From Hemiscyllium ocellatum (Eukaryota): a DNA stretch of 64,000 nucleotides. Location: positions 104,412,135-104,476,134 of the forward strand of contig NC_083405.1 in NCBI RefSeq assembly GCF_020745735.1, written 5' to 3'. The notes beneath the pieces were generated by a model, which had not been told where the DNA came from, did not search any database, and saw only the letters and a list, made by a program, of their open reading frames with translations. Position numbers and translations under genes: made by a program. Positions 1 through 11,239 of this stretch are shown piece after piece. Positions within the stretch are counted from its first letter, which is position 1, and the number at the start of each line of letters is the position of its first letter.

Positions 1-560
1 CAGATTTTGAGACGACATGAGGTGAGATACTCCCCACAGAATTTCTAGCTTTTGACCAGCTTTTGTACCCTCTCAGTTCTTATAAAGTTGGACCAGTTAA
101 TGCTAACCATCCAATTTGCATCCCTGGCTGAATATGGATGCAAAATAACACCAGCCTTGTCTTTTACATTAGTGCGAGCATCTCCAGCTCCTGTTAGGTG
201 ATTATTTGTCCACTACTATTCACAACTAAATGTGACAGGACTGATTTTAGATCAGAGTTTAGATCTGATCTGCTGATTGTGGGATTGTTTAGCCACATCT
301 ATTGCATGATGCTCCCGCTGTTTGGCACACTGGTGTGTTATGGCTTCATCAGGTTGACACCTCATTTTTAAAGCATGTCTGGTGCTGCTGCTGACATACA
401 CTCCTGCAATCGTCATTGAACTAGGGGTGATATCCTGGCTTGAGGTCAATGGTAGAATGGGGGATATGCTGGATCATCATGTCACAGATTGTGATTGAAC
501 ATAATTGCCATTTTGACTTGCTTGATCAGTTTGAAGTCTGTCCCATTTAGCACAGTGACA
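1..560 (-). mobile_element. Degenerate non-LTR retrotransposon fragments (CR1/L2 group)
   Basis: Similar by eye to fragments at 19400-19915, 30480-31900 and 43260-43560. Confidence 0.55.
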
Positions 561-666
561 CCAACCTATTTGCGTTCTGATGCAAAGAATCAGCAAAAAG
601 CCACCAAAGTGGCTTTTGAACTTATAGATATTGACTTACTTGTAATTCTAACTATATTTTTAGTTA

Positions 667-883
667 CAGGCAATTGTCTTATAACACCAATGTTTAGTCC
701 GTGTGTGATCTCGCTTTATAAGAAAATTGTGCAATACCAGCTCCATTTAAGGTAATGGGGTTGCAATCTTGTTATAGCCAATTCAGGCAAGGAAAGTTCA
801 TGTTCTACAAATATCAGGCTAAATTCGACCATTGTGTTATAGCTAATTTGTGTTGGAGAAACATGCTATAGGAGAACCACCTG
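667..883. mobile_element. Tc1/mariner (Tigger-like) MITE
   Basis: TA|CAGG...CCTG|TA ends; imperfect 20-bp TIR (14/20 match). Confidence 0.6.
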
Positions 884-1138
884 TACAATGATTCATACAA
901 CCCAAATTATTCTCCCTTCATTTTGTCTTGTGATTAGTCTTATGAAGGGATTCTGACTTTCTTTTCTCATTCTGATAAAAGTAGAACACTTGCTTTAATT
1001 CCACTAGTTGTCTGACCTGAGTGCGTTCCTTACTTTTATTTAAAATTGGTAGCCCTACACTTGAATCTTAAACTGAACACTTCAGTATGCATTTAGGGCA
1101 AATCTGATTTGTCACACTGCTTAGAACACACCACTCAC

Positions 1139-1365
1139 CTGGCTTTTCAGTAACATAAACTTCTGGAACATTTTGATCATTAACAGAATAGGAAAAGTAG
1201 AACCAACAATCATCTTCATCCTTCTCCTTACAATGAAGGATTGGTGAATCTTGGCTTGGTAGTGGCAAATCAGTTTGCTCTTTCACCGGTATCACATCAA
1301 ACTCACATTCGTCACAATTCTCTTTCTTGCGTCCTTTATTAAAGGCTTTACATTGAACACAATCC
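1139..1365 (-). CDS. ITGB1: ITGB1 exon 14, beta-tail domain (DCVQCKAFNKG...CKEKDEDDCWFYF...TEKP)
   Basis: 227 nt, AG/GT boundaries; the TM and cytoplasmic exons are not in the window. Confidence 0.97.
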
Positions 1366-1642
1366 CTATAAAACACAAGCACTGAAAACGTTAAGGTCCA
1401 AGTCTTCCAACCATCACACTTTGAAGATTAAATCACAGACTGGATACTTTGAGTCAAGTGATTTATACAAGATTCAAAGATAATTGCGCTTATTACTTTC
1501 TATTGTGATGTTTGATAGGAATGCTAATTTCATAAATATTAAGCAGTTTTCATTCCAAGTTCATTAATTTCAATAGAAAAAGGAGATATGGACACAAATG
1601 AGATAAAATACAATTGGAAATTACTTGTTTGCTTGGCATGAG

Positions 1643-1917
1643 TTTAGATTAGATTACTTACAAGTTCACACCGACCCTCTGAAGAGCAATCCACCCAGAC
1701 CCATTCCCCTACATTTATCCCTTCACCTAACACTACAGACAATTTAGCATGGCCAATTCACCTAACATGCACATTTGAATTGTGGGAGGAAACTGGAGCA
1801 CCCGGAGGAAACCCACGCAGACATGTGCAAACTCCACACATACAATTGCCTGAGGTGGTAATTGAACCCAGGTCTCTGGTGCTGTAAGGCAGCAGTGCTA
1901 ACTACTGTGCCACCCCC
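1643..1917 (-). mobile_element. HE1-type tRNA-derived V-SINE
   Basis: tRNA-like head, V-domain (GGGTTTCCTCCGGGTGCTCC...), (TCTAA)n tail. Confidence 0.9.
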
Positions 1918-2227
1918 ATTTAAAGAAGGAATTTTGTGGCCCATGTCCTGGAGTGATTAAACAACTGAAAACCTCAATTTGGGAGCCAATAAAAGAAATT
2001 AGTTTTTTCCAACAAGAACATAACACTAAAAACTGCAGCTTATATGGCTTTAAAATAATAAAAATTCTCAAGGTGCTTTATACAATTACTTTAAAGCAAA
2101 TATAACCTAAGCTTGGCGAAGGAAGCCAGTTTTAAGGAGAAACATTAAATGAAAAAAGTAAAGCAGAGAGATGTAATAGATTAGGGCTTGGGGGCTGGCA
2201 CCAGAAGGCACACCACCAATGAGTTTT

Positions 2228-2545
2228 CTATTTAGTCATATACCCATCCCTAATTGTCCTTGAACCGAGTGGCATACGAGGCCATTTCAAAGGGCAGTTA
2301 AGGGTCATGAACATTCCTGTGGGTCTGCAATTGTATATAGGCCAGACAAGTATGGCAGATTTTCTTTCTTTAAAAAGACATGAATGAATCAACAATAGGT
2401 GCATGGTCACTTCTGAACCAGTTTTTTTAATTTCCAAATTTTACTGAACTCAAATCTGACCATTTGCCATTGTGGAATTCAAAACTATGTGCATAAATCA
2501 TTAGTCTACAGCTCTGGAAAACTAGTGACACCTGCCACTACATCG
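2228..2545 (-). mobile_element. Second, older SINE family with a LINE-like 3' tail (related copies near 14280-14460, 15230-15365, 44190-44445, 47135-47400, 47820-48050)
   Basis: Recurrent motif GGAAATCTGCC...GACTCTTAACTGCCC...AATTAGGGATGGG shared between copies and with LINE 3' ends. Confidence 0.6.
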
Positions 2546-3689
2546 CACTAAATTGCGAACACTGAAGAAACAGATGAAAACAGATATTTCAGGGGTTGTA
2601 GGACTAAAGGATATTACAGCAAGATAGAGAGAGATAAGCATGTGTAGGAATTTAAAAATAGGCCATGTTCAAATGCAGCAAAACTTGGGCAATATCCAGG
2701 CCTGGGCTAAAAAAATGATAAGTAACATTTATGCCATACATGGTGAGGTTAGCATTGACCAGAAACTGTACTGGACTAGCCATATAAATACAGTGCCTAT
2801 AAAAGCACATCACTAGCAGGTATCCTGCGGCATAACTCACCTACTGACTCCCCAAATGCCTGTTCATCTGCAAGTGCTGGAATGCTTCCCAAATGCCTAA
2901 ATCAGTACCACTCCAAAAACCCTTAAGCTTGATGTGATTCAGGACAAAGCTGGCCTCGAGTGCACCCCATCCACAATCACTTGTTCCACCACTGCCAACA
3001 TTCAACAGCAACAGTGCCTACCACCTATGACATGCAGTCAACATTCACCAGACCTATACATTTCACGAAACCACATTTATTTTCTAAATATCCTGCTAAC
3101 CACTTAATTTCTATCATTTTCATAATCTTATATCACAAGTTAACTAGCCTATAGATTTTTTTTTAAACTTCGTCTTCTTTCTTTCTTGAACAGTGATGTT
3201 ACATATTCTGGGACCTTTCCAGAACCTGAGGAGTTTTCGAATATCACAACCAATGCTTTACCGTCTTAGAAGCTATTCCTTAAGAGTCCCTTGGTTATGG
3301 GATTTCAGATCCAGGGACTTGTTAGCTTCTAGCCCTATTGGTTTTTCTAATACATTTTCTTTTGTGATTTCCCTCTCTCCCTTTTCTACTCGTCTTGGAA
3401 TGTTTTTTTGACAGCCACGTGAGGTCAGATACAAAACACGTTTCAAGTTTTTGCCATTTCCTTGTTTCTAATCATAAATTCCCAGACACATTCTCCAAGG
3501 TACCAACACTCATCAACCACTCTTCCTTTTTATGCATTCAAAACTATTACTGTATTTTTAGATTTTTTACTCGCTTTCTGTAGATTGTCTTTTCCCATTT
3601 AAATTTTAATAGTAAAATCCTTTAAAGGGGCTCAAACATCATTTACAAACTGACAAATTAATTATGTTATATCTTGCGATTACACTTAC

Positions 3690-3912
3690 CTGTGTTCTGT
3701 ACATACTCCAGGGCAGGTTGGACACATTTCACATGCAGCTCCTTGGAATTTAGATTCAGTGCATTTGCAGCGGCCACACTCACATGTGCCTCTCCCATTA
3801 CACATCTGTCCATTCTCCGAAATGCATGTCGAATTATCCAGGGAGCAATCACAAGCATTGCCAGAATAGTTGGGGTTGCATTCACACACCCGGCACTTAC
3901 AGATACCATTTC
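3690..3912 (-). CDS. ITGB1: ITGB1 exon 13, I-EGF3/4 ([18 protein letters not shown]...CPGVCTEH)
   Basis: 223 nt, AG/GT boundaries. Confidence 0.97.
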
Positions 3913-4569
3913 CTACAAAATGTTGACAATTTAGAAATGTTTACGTTCATCTCTAAACTTTTGCTTTAGACCATCTCCTCTGCACTCAGCCCTGTTGAAG
4001 TAGATATTAAAACAGGACAATACTTGTTTCCATTGGTTAATTTAACATTTTGTAGCAGTTGCCTGCTGGTTTGTTGAAAGAATGGGCAGTAAAAGCAGAT
4101 ATTGTGAATTCTCCATGTGGGAAGTCATACGTATAAATTTAGACCTGACTTTTTTTTTGAAATGCAAAATATTTAGCGTTGCATAAAGAGTTAGACAAAA
4201 GATTGCACATGGAAATATGGCTGGTTCCCAAGTGTGAATTCCAGTGAAAGGCAGGACTTGGGCTCACTTCATTCAGTAACATCTGAAATGGATTTCATCA
4301 AAGTTTTGGCTTACTCGTTCATGGGATATGGGAATTGCTGGCTCGACCAGCATTTACGTTGAAAAGGTGGTGGTGAGTTGCGTTCTTGAACTCCTGCAGA
4401 GGGTTGACCCATGGCACTGTTAGAATGAGTGTTCCTGGATTCAGACAAAACACTAAGCCATGAAAGGCTGCACATGCTGTCTCTGTAGGGAGTGCACTTA
4501 CTGTTCTTGCAGTTAGTGTCTGCAACCCACTATCAGCCATGCTGCAATATTATATAATTACTTTCATGA

Positions 4570-4738
4570 AACCTAAGCATATAAATAGAAATCGGGTCAC
4601 TAACATTAGTGCTTCATTGGAGGCTCACTGATGGTGTTACCTAGTATGGTGACAAAACGTCTGAAAATGAACCTTCCAGCTTAGCAAGCAACTTACATCC
4701 AAAACCGCAACCTGAACTACAGATCTTCTCAAAACTCT
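4570..4738 (+). mobile_element. Penelope-like terminal-repeat fragment with a degenerate hammerhead motif
   Basis: Homologous to the 3' end of the PLE at 52690-52823; TCA-CTGATGG-stem-AAAACGTC-TGA. Confidence 0.75.
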
Positions 4739-5060
4739 ATGACATGATTTTATAATGGCTAATCTTTAAGATTTATTATTTAGCTGCAAGGGACTTTAGA
4801 TGCAGCGAGCAAAGCCTTTAAGGGTGAAGGCAGCAAAGGGCAGAGCACGCACATCAGTGGCACCAAGTTCCAGGTCAATGTGGGTGTACAATGATGACAT
4901 TAGCAGCATGGATATTCTCTTCCACTGTGTTTGCTGGAGATACAGTAGTTTCTATTAATCAATTAAGTGTCTAATTAATACAGTATGCAGAGGCTATTCT
5001 TCAAATCAAGAAAAAGGTATTGAAAACTCTTGAAATAAATTTATTCTTCTGTATACTTGC

Positions 5061-5299
5061 CTCCACAAATCAATCCATTGGATCGATCACAATTAAAGTT
5101 ATCACATTCACAATATTTGCCTGAGATGATTTCATTAGGATTCTCCCTCTTTTTGCAGAGGCATTCCCCACAGATACAATCTCCATTGTCACTACAGATT
5201 TGAGATGCATTATCTTTTCTGCAGGAAGCATCCATATCCTCTGTATTCACTTGATCAGTGCTGCACTCACAAAATCGACCAATCCGTCCTTTGTTACAT
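5061..5299 (-). CDS. ITGB1: ITGB1 exon 12, I-EGF ([16 protein letters not shown]...[10 protein letters not shown])
   Basis: 239 nt; AG acceptor; donor reads GGAG|GCAAGT (GC donor); frame joins exon 13 as ICG-GNG. Confidence 0.95.
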
Positions 5300-5951
5300 C
5301 TGAAAATGAACCAGCAAACATTTCCAAATTAGTGACTGAAAAAATATAGTAGCCATTGACTATCATTTTAACGACAAGTAATGTTGATGTATTTTTTCTT
5401 TACCATACCTGATTATATAAAGGATTGCCCTCTGTTTGCATGTACTCTATCTACAAGCACAGGTCACAAACAGCTAGCTTTTACAATTTAGGGGGATGGA
5501 ATTAATAGCATACGAGAGAGTGAGCGAGAGCAAGCGAGCGCGTGAGACTGTGTGCGAGAGACTGAGTGTGAGCGACAGCTCAAGATTTCAGGTGTAATTT
5601 CATCCAAAATATTAACTATTCTTTCTCCTCCACACATTCATTAGCTTGGACATTGCCATTACTTTTTGCCACCTCAAACTAACTGTGTTCAATTCTGCAG
5701 CAAGAATACCCACTTTCAACAAAATGACTTAGCAAAAAAGTCTGGCACAAACATTTTTTGCAATTAATTCCTTACTTTATTAACAGCAAATTTTGCTGAA
5801 AATCAAAACATATAAAATACAACATTGCAGGATTTCAATACCAAATGTGACAATAGAAACAGTAAAAGGAGTCCATTTTACTGATTTTTAAAAATAATGC
5901 ATGGTGATAACTCTAACAAATAAACAATCCCTGAACAAACTGATTACCTAC

Positions 5952-6154
5952 CTGCAAGCTCCACATTCAAATGTTCCATTACCCTGGTGACAATCGGGGC
6001 TATTAGGAATTCCCTTCTTATGGCAATCACATTCACAAACAAACTCCAGATCAATTTCTACTTTTTCATTAAATCCCAGAGGTTTGATTTGAATAGTCGC
6101 CTTTTCACCATTATTTGGGCACTTTTTTGCTGTGATACTTATGTTGAAGCTCAC
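5952..6154 (-). CDS. ITGB1: ITGB1 exon 11, hybrid/I-EGF1 (VSFNISIT...[11 protein letters not shown])
   Basis: 203 nt, AG/GT boundaries; ORF 5948..6154. Confidence 0.97.
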
Positions 6155-6649
6155 CTAAAAAAGAAAAGGGAGATTGATACATACATAAACAAAACTAATT
6201 TTTATTCACAGATACACTAATTTGGGGGTTATTGGGCATTGCTTCCCATGCACCAACTTTGGAAGCAATGAACTCTTGATTTCTTGTCTGCTGCCATGGT
6301 GAGGTTACAGGACTTGGAGGGGGGCCAGGTGGTATCAGTCAAGAAAGAGAGGAGTAAGGGTGGAATGACCATTCATTACAGCATGATTCATCCATTTTCT
6401 AGTATGGTTTTGTACAGTTTGAAGAGCTGAGATGGTTAAAAGTGTATGATTCCAATGACAAAATTAATAGCTTGTACTGAATTAAAACAAAACTGTATTT
6501 CTTTACTAGTTTGAAAGTTTGCTCTGCATTTCCATCATGCAATTCTGCTGCACACTTGTTTAATTTAAAATATATCCAAATGCACACCAAACTATTGATT
6601 TGCTTAATGAATTGGAAGAGAAGCAATTACAGGTATATCACTACAAATA

Positions 6650-6866
6650 CAGGCCGTTCAGCTATAATGCACGTTTTGTTAACACCAATTCACTGTAATG
6701 TGATCGACGAAATGGGAACACTTTCTGAATTGCGAACTTTTAAAACGTGCACTGGCTGTAATTTGATTACATTAGAAACAGTACTTAAAGTGATGGCAAA
6801 GCACAATTTTTCTATAATGCAGGGTTTCTCAGGAATGTAACCATCACTTTATAGAAGAACTACCCA
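6650..6866. mobile_element. Tigger-like MITE
   Basis: TA-flanked; ends CAGGCCGTTCAGCTATAA / TTATAGAAGAACTACC, related to 667-883 and to a short copy at 30400-30466. Confidence 0.55.
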
Positions 6867-7747
6867 TAGTCTGCATCTTTCATATGGTGGCTTGAAATTT
6901 AAAGGATTTTATATTTTTCCGATCAGTGTGTTTTATGCAATTTATACATTTCTACATGCTGTACAGTGAAAAGTTTAGTTGGAGGGAATGAACACCTATT
7001 AACATATTATAGCAGTTCAATGCAGAGAAGAGTTAGATGCAGAACAAGGCTCTCTTAACTAAACAATATTTCAGGAATGCATACACCAGTTGGTGATAAA
7101 CCAATCAAATTCATTGAAAGGTCATCGACAACCAACAGGGAATACCTTATAACCAGAGAATAAGATTTACATCTCAATGTTCTGGACTAAATTTGCAACT
7201 AAATATGCTTAAGGGAAGGTAGATAATTTTAACAAATTGAGGCAAAAATCAGACTTGGGCAGGTCGTACTCAAAGTTTGGAAGGCAGCAACATAACAGAA
7301 TGGTGAGCAGCCTTTAAAAGAGAGAGGAGAGGAGAGAGGAGTACAGATCAGGTAGTTCCTCTAGAGGAAAAGGAATGGGGGTAGTGGTGGTGGAGGTGGT
7401 GATGGTGAACCAAGGTTAACGCTCTCTGGGTATCAAAGGGATTATATGACATGATACTACAAGGACGAATTAGGCTGAATATAAAAAGTAGAGAGAAGTA
7501 AAAAAAAAAGGAAATAACAAGGATACAGACAAACAATACAAAAACTGAATGCTTGAGTATCAAAAGAAAATTCCAAGCTTGTCTTAAGGAATTTTAATTG
7601 TAAAAGGGTTGTGTCTGATGCGCCATGTGACCAATTAGGAACCAAAATGGAGATTTATTGGAGGAGAAAACAAGCATGGCTGAGGAATGAAACACTTATT
7701 TTGCATAAGTGTTGATTAAAATACAATTCTGAAGGTATGATAAACAA

Positions 7748-8044
7748 GGGGACGGCACAGTGGTTCAGTGTTTAGCACTGCTTCCTCTCAGCACCAGGGA
7801 CCCAGGTTCGATTCCCACCTTGGGCTGTGTGCGTTTCCTCCAGGTGGTCCACGTTCCTCCCACAATCCAAAGATGTGCAGGTCAGGTGAATTGGCCGTGC
7901 TAAATTGCCGATAGTGTTAGGTGCATTAGTCAGGGGTTAATATAGGGTAGGGGGAATAGGTATGGGTGGGTTACTCTTCAGATGGTTAGTGTGGACTTGT
8001 TGGGCTGAAGGGCCTGTTTCCATATTGTAGGGAATCTAATCTAA
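7748..8044 (+). mobile_element. HE1-type V-SINE
   Basis: A/B-box head (GGCACAGTGG...GGTTCGATTCC), V-domain, TCTAATCTAA tail. Confidence 0.9.
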
Positions 8045-8287
8045 AAGAAAGGTTGTCAGGATGCTGACTGAGATTTATTTTAAAAAAACACAAAGACGAC
8101 TGCAGTACTTAAGAGTACATCAGTCACTCAGTCTGAATGGGACACACCCTAGACTGTCAACAGAAGTTGTGAAAAAGCACTGGCTACAACCTTCAAAATT
8201 TTCCTTAGATACAGGATAGTGTCACAACATTAAGGGTTGCATATAATGGACCGAAGTTCAAAAAAATGGGAAAGGATAATCCTGGTA

Positions 8288-8600
8288 ATTAGATTAGATT
8301 AGACTTACAGTGTGGAAACAGGCCCTTCGGCCCAACAAGTCCACACCGACCCGCCGAAGCGCAACCCACCCATACCCCTTACCTAACACTACGGGCAATT
8401 TAGCTTGGCCAATTCACCTGACCCGCACATCTTTGGACTGTGGGAGGAAACCGGAGCACCCGGAGGAAACCCACGCAGACACGGGGAGAATGTACAAACT
8501 CCACACAGTCAGTCGCCTGAGTCGGGAATTGAACCCGGATCTACAGGCGCTGTGAGGGGTTCAATTCCCGACTCAGGCGACTGACTGTGTGGAGTTTGCA
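8288..8600 (-). mobile_element. HE1-type V-SINE, 5' end replaced by an inverted duplication
   Basis: CpG-rich V-domain; perfect 42-bp inverted repeat 8495-8536 / 8557-8598. Confidence 0.92.
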
Positions 8601-8786
8601 AGCTGGTTTAACAGTAGAGGGAAATTTTTAGCAACAATAATCAGCATAAAATGAATAATAGTTACTTGAACAAGGAATGAACTGAAATACATTAAATGGC
8701 AAATTGGGCTTGATCAACTTGATTACATTTTTTGACAAGGTAACAAGTGGAGATTGAGGGAAGTGCAGTTGACTTTGATTAAAAGG

Positions 8787-9530
8787 GTTGAGAGTGTATT
8801 GCTGAAAAAGCACAGCAGGTCAGGCAGCAGAGGAGCAAGCGAATCGACATTTCGGGCCGGAACCCTTCATCAGGAATGAGGCTAGGAACTTCGGGAGTGG
8901 AGAGATAAATGGGAGGGTGGTGGGCCTGGGGAGAAGGCAGCTGAGAGTTCAATAGGTGTTTGGAGGAAGGGGTAAAGGTGAGAGGTCAGAGAGGAGGGTG
9001 GAGCAGACAGGTGGGAAGATGGAAGGAAAATTGACAGGTGGGACAACTCACGAGGGCGGGGCTGAGTTGGAAGGTTGGAACAGGGGTAAGGGGGGGTGGG
9101 GGAGGGGAAATGAGGAAACTGGTGAAGTCCACATTGATGCCCTCTCTTCAACCCTCAGGGCATCAATGTGGACTTCACCAGTTTCCTCATTTCCCCTCCC
9201 CCCCCCCCCAACTTACCCCAGTTTCAACTTTCCAACTTAGCCCTGTCCTCATGACCTGTCCTGTCGATCTTCCTTCCCACCTATCCGCTCCATCCTCCTC
9301 TCCAACCTATCACCTTTACCCCCACGTCCATCCCCCCATTGTGCTCTCAGCTACCTTCTCCCCTCCCATTTATCTCTTCAAATCAGAGGCTCCCAGCCTC
9401 ATTCCTGATGAAGGGCTCCGGTCCGAAACGCTGATTTTCCTGCTCTTCGGATGCTGCCTGACCTGCTATGCTTTTCCAGCAACACACACTCAACTCTGAT
9501 CTCCAGCATCTGCAGACCTCAATGTCTCCT
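8787..9530. mobile_element. Fold-back Penelope-like element (two inverted 3' ends, each with a hammerhead-like motif)
   Basis: Arms 8787-9143 and 9157-9494 are reverse complements; centre encodes SLQP.GINVDFTSF-like PLE ORF end (compare ORF 12310..12723); CTGATGA...GAAA at 9405-9428. Confidence 0.88.
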
Positions 9531-9844
9531 AATTATGTAAATAGACTTTTAAAAGGTATTTGATAAGGTATCTCATATTAAGCTTCAATTTTTGCGACAG
9601 CTAAGATGCCAGTAGCAGAAAGACACACAACAGCCATGGTGAATCACAGGCTTGCAGAGAGAGACACACAATAGAGTTACCCAAGGATTCATTAGCAGAA
9701 TTATTCTGCTAATCTGATCATTAATAGTGTATGGCACTGTGTTACAAAACCAAAGAAATCCTTAATAACATAATCACACTGTAACAGCAGTTCAGCAAAA
9801 ACATACAGCTGCACATCATACTACTCCAAAAGAGCACAAAGTGA

Positions 9845-10290
9845 ATAGGAACATAGGAAAGATAAAACAGGAATAACCTATTCAGTCCTGCCATTAAATA
9901 CGATCACGACTGATCGATCACATGAATGCCTTTTACTGACCTCATCCCCATACTTCTGTATGCCATTATAATCAGAAATGTTTCAATCAATCTCTAACTT
10001 AAACATTCTCAAAGGCTAAACTTCCACAGTCCTCTGTGGTAGAGAATTCCAAAATTTCACAATCCACTGAATAAAAAAATCATTTTCCTCATCTGGTACC
10101 TAAGTGGTATCCAGCTTATTTTGAAACTGTGCCCCTGATTCTAGGCTTCCCAATCAGGGCAACCATCTTACCTGTCGAGCCCTAAGTATTTTGTCAGTTT
10201 AAATGAGAACACCAGTCATTCTTTGAAACTCCAAAGAGTAGAGCAGGATCTCTCTTCATAGGACAGTCCTGCTGTGCCAACAGTAAGCTT
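9845..10290 (-). mobile_element. CR1 LINE 3' end
   Basis: Typical CR1 3' region ending in an octamer-repeat tail. Confidence 0.7.
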
Positions 10291-10783
10291 CGAATGCCCA
10301 ATGAAACATTAAACTACACAGATGGAAAGAAAAAGGGGCAAATGCAAGACCTCTCCTAGATTAAATTGGAGGGCAGAGGAAGAAAAACACCAACTTGGGA
10401 TAGAGTCATAAATTTCCACAATACCTGTCTGAATATTCACAAAAATGTCTTCTGAGTAGCACATCTGGACAGATACCAACTTTTCAAAATTACCAGAACA
10501 GACCTAACAGGACCTAGGTATATAGTGGGTGCATATATTTACACGTTATGTAAGAGGAAGACCCAGGTTTTATAATCGAACAATGTTTTGGAAAGGAAGA
10601 TGGAGGGGTTGAGAGAACAGGATAGCTTCCAAATTTGAAAACAACTCCAGTTTAGACCACAATATGCAAAAAACTGATAATGACTTATCTTCCTTGTTCC
10701 AGCAAGTGCATATTTCATCACGGTAGCCACCAAACAAATATTACGGAAATTATTAAAGAAAATTATTAAAGAGGTTATCTTAC

Positions 10784-10924
10784 CTCATCACCAATTTGAA
10801 TGCCTAAACACTTCCTGCCTTCTTCCCCTGTATGAACAGTATTATTTTTACAAAAGGCTGTATAATGTATCGACACTCCTTCTGGTAATTTGCTGTTCTC
10901 AAGGATTACCTCAGATGACAAAGC
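10784..10924 (-). CDS. ITGB1: ITGB1 exon 10, hybrid domain ([17 protein letters not shown]...IQIGDE)
   Basis: 141 nt, AG/GT boundaries; manual translation. Confidence 0.97.
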
Positions 10925-11033
10925 CTATGAAAAGAATTATGAGTGTTGTGTTGATAAAAATATATTTGTAAAACTGGAGTGGTAAAATGAAATAAATTTT
11001 GCAGCAAGGGCCAATGTAATAGTCAGCACTTAC

Positions 11034-11123
11034 ATGGTAAGCATCAAGGATCAGCTTGATTACATTACTAGAGTTTGATGATAGAACCCCCACTTCGGAT
11101 TTTGGAATGAGATCATGGAGTGC
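11034..11123 (-). CDS. ITGB1: ITGB1 exon 9 (ALHDLIPKSEVGVLSSNSSNVIKLILDAYH)
   Basis: 90 nt, AG/GT boundaries. Confidence 0.97.
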
Positions 11124-11239
11124 CTATTAATAGAACAAAAATGTTATGAAATGATAATACTGTCAAGTCACAGAAGTTTTCATTTAAAATAAAGTATGAA
11201 TCAGAGATCATTTCTGTTTTTCGCATCTGTTTAGATAAA

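Larger units (their letters stand above)
7180..8780 (+). mobile_element. Old CR1 LINE ORF2 fragments hosting two SINEs; continues at about 9535-9720
   Basis: Degenerate CR1 motifs (FKK..KDNPGNY, DF.KAFDKV-like). Confidence 0.6.

Noticed and set aside
7748-7820. tRNA-like sequence with A and B boxes
   Set aside because: It is the head of an HE1-type SINE, continuing into the V-domain and LINE-like tail; not a tRNA gene.
9401-9436. Hammerhead motifs at 8842-8877, 9401-9436, 25068-25130, 51537-51576, 52747-52783 as active ribozymes
   Set aside because: Each has a mutation in the core, stem III palindrome or cleavage triplet; recorded only as decayed copies.
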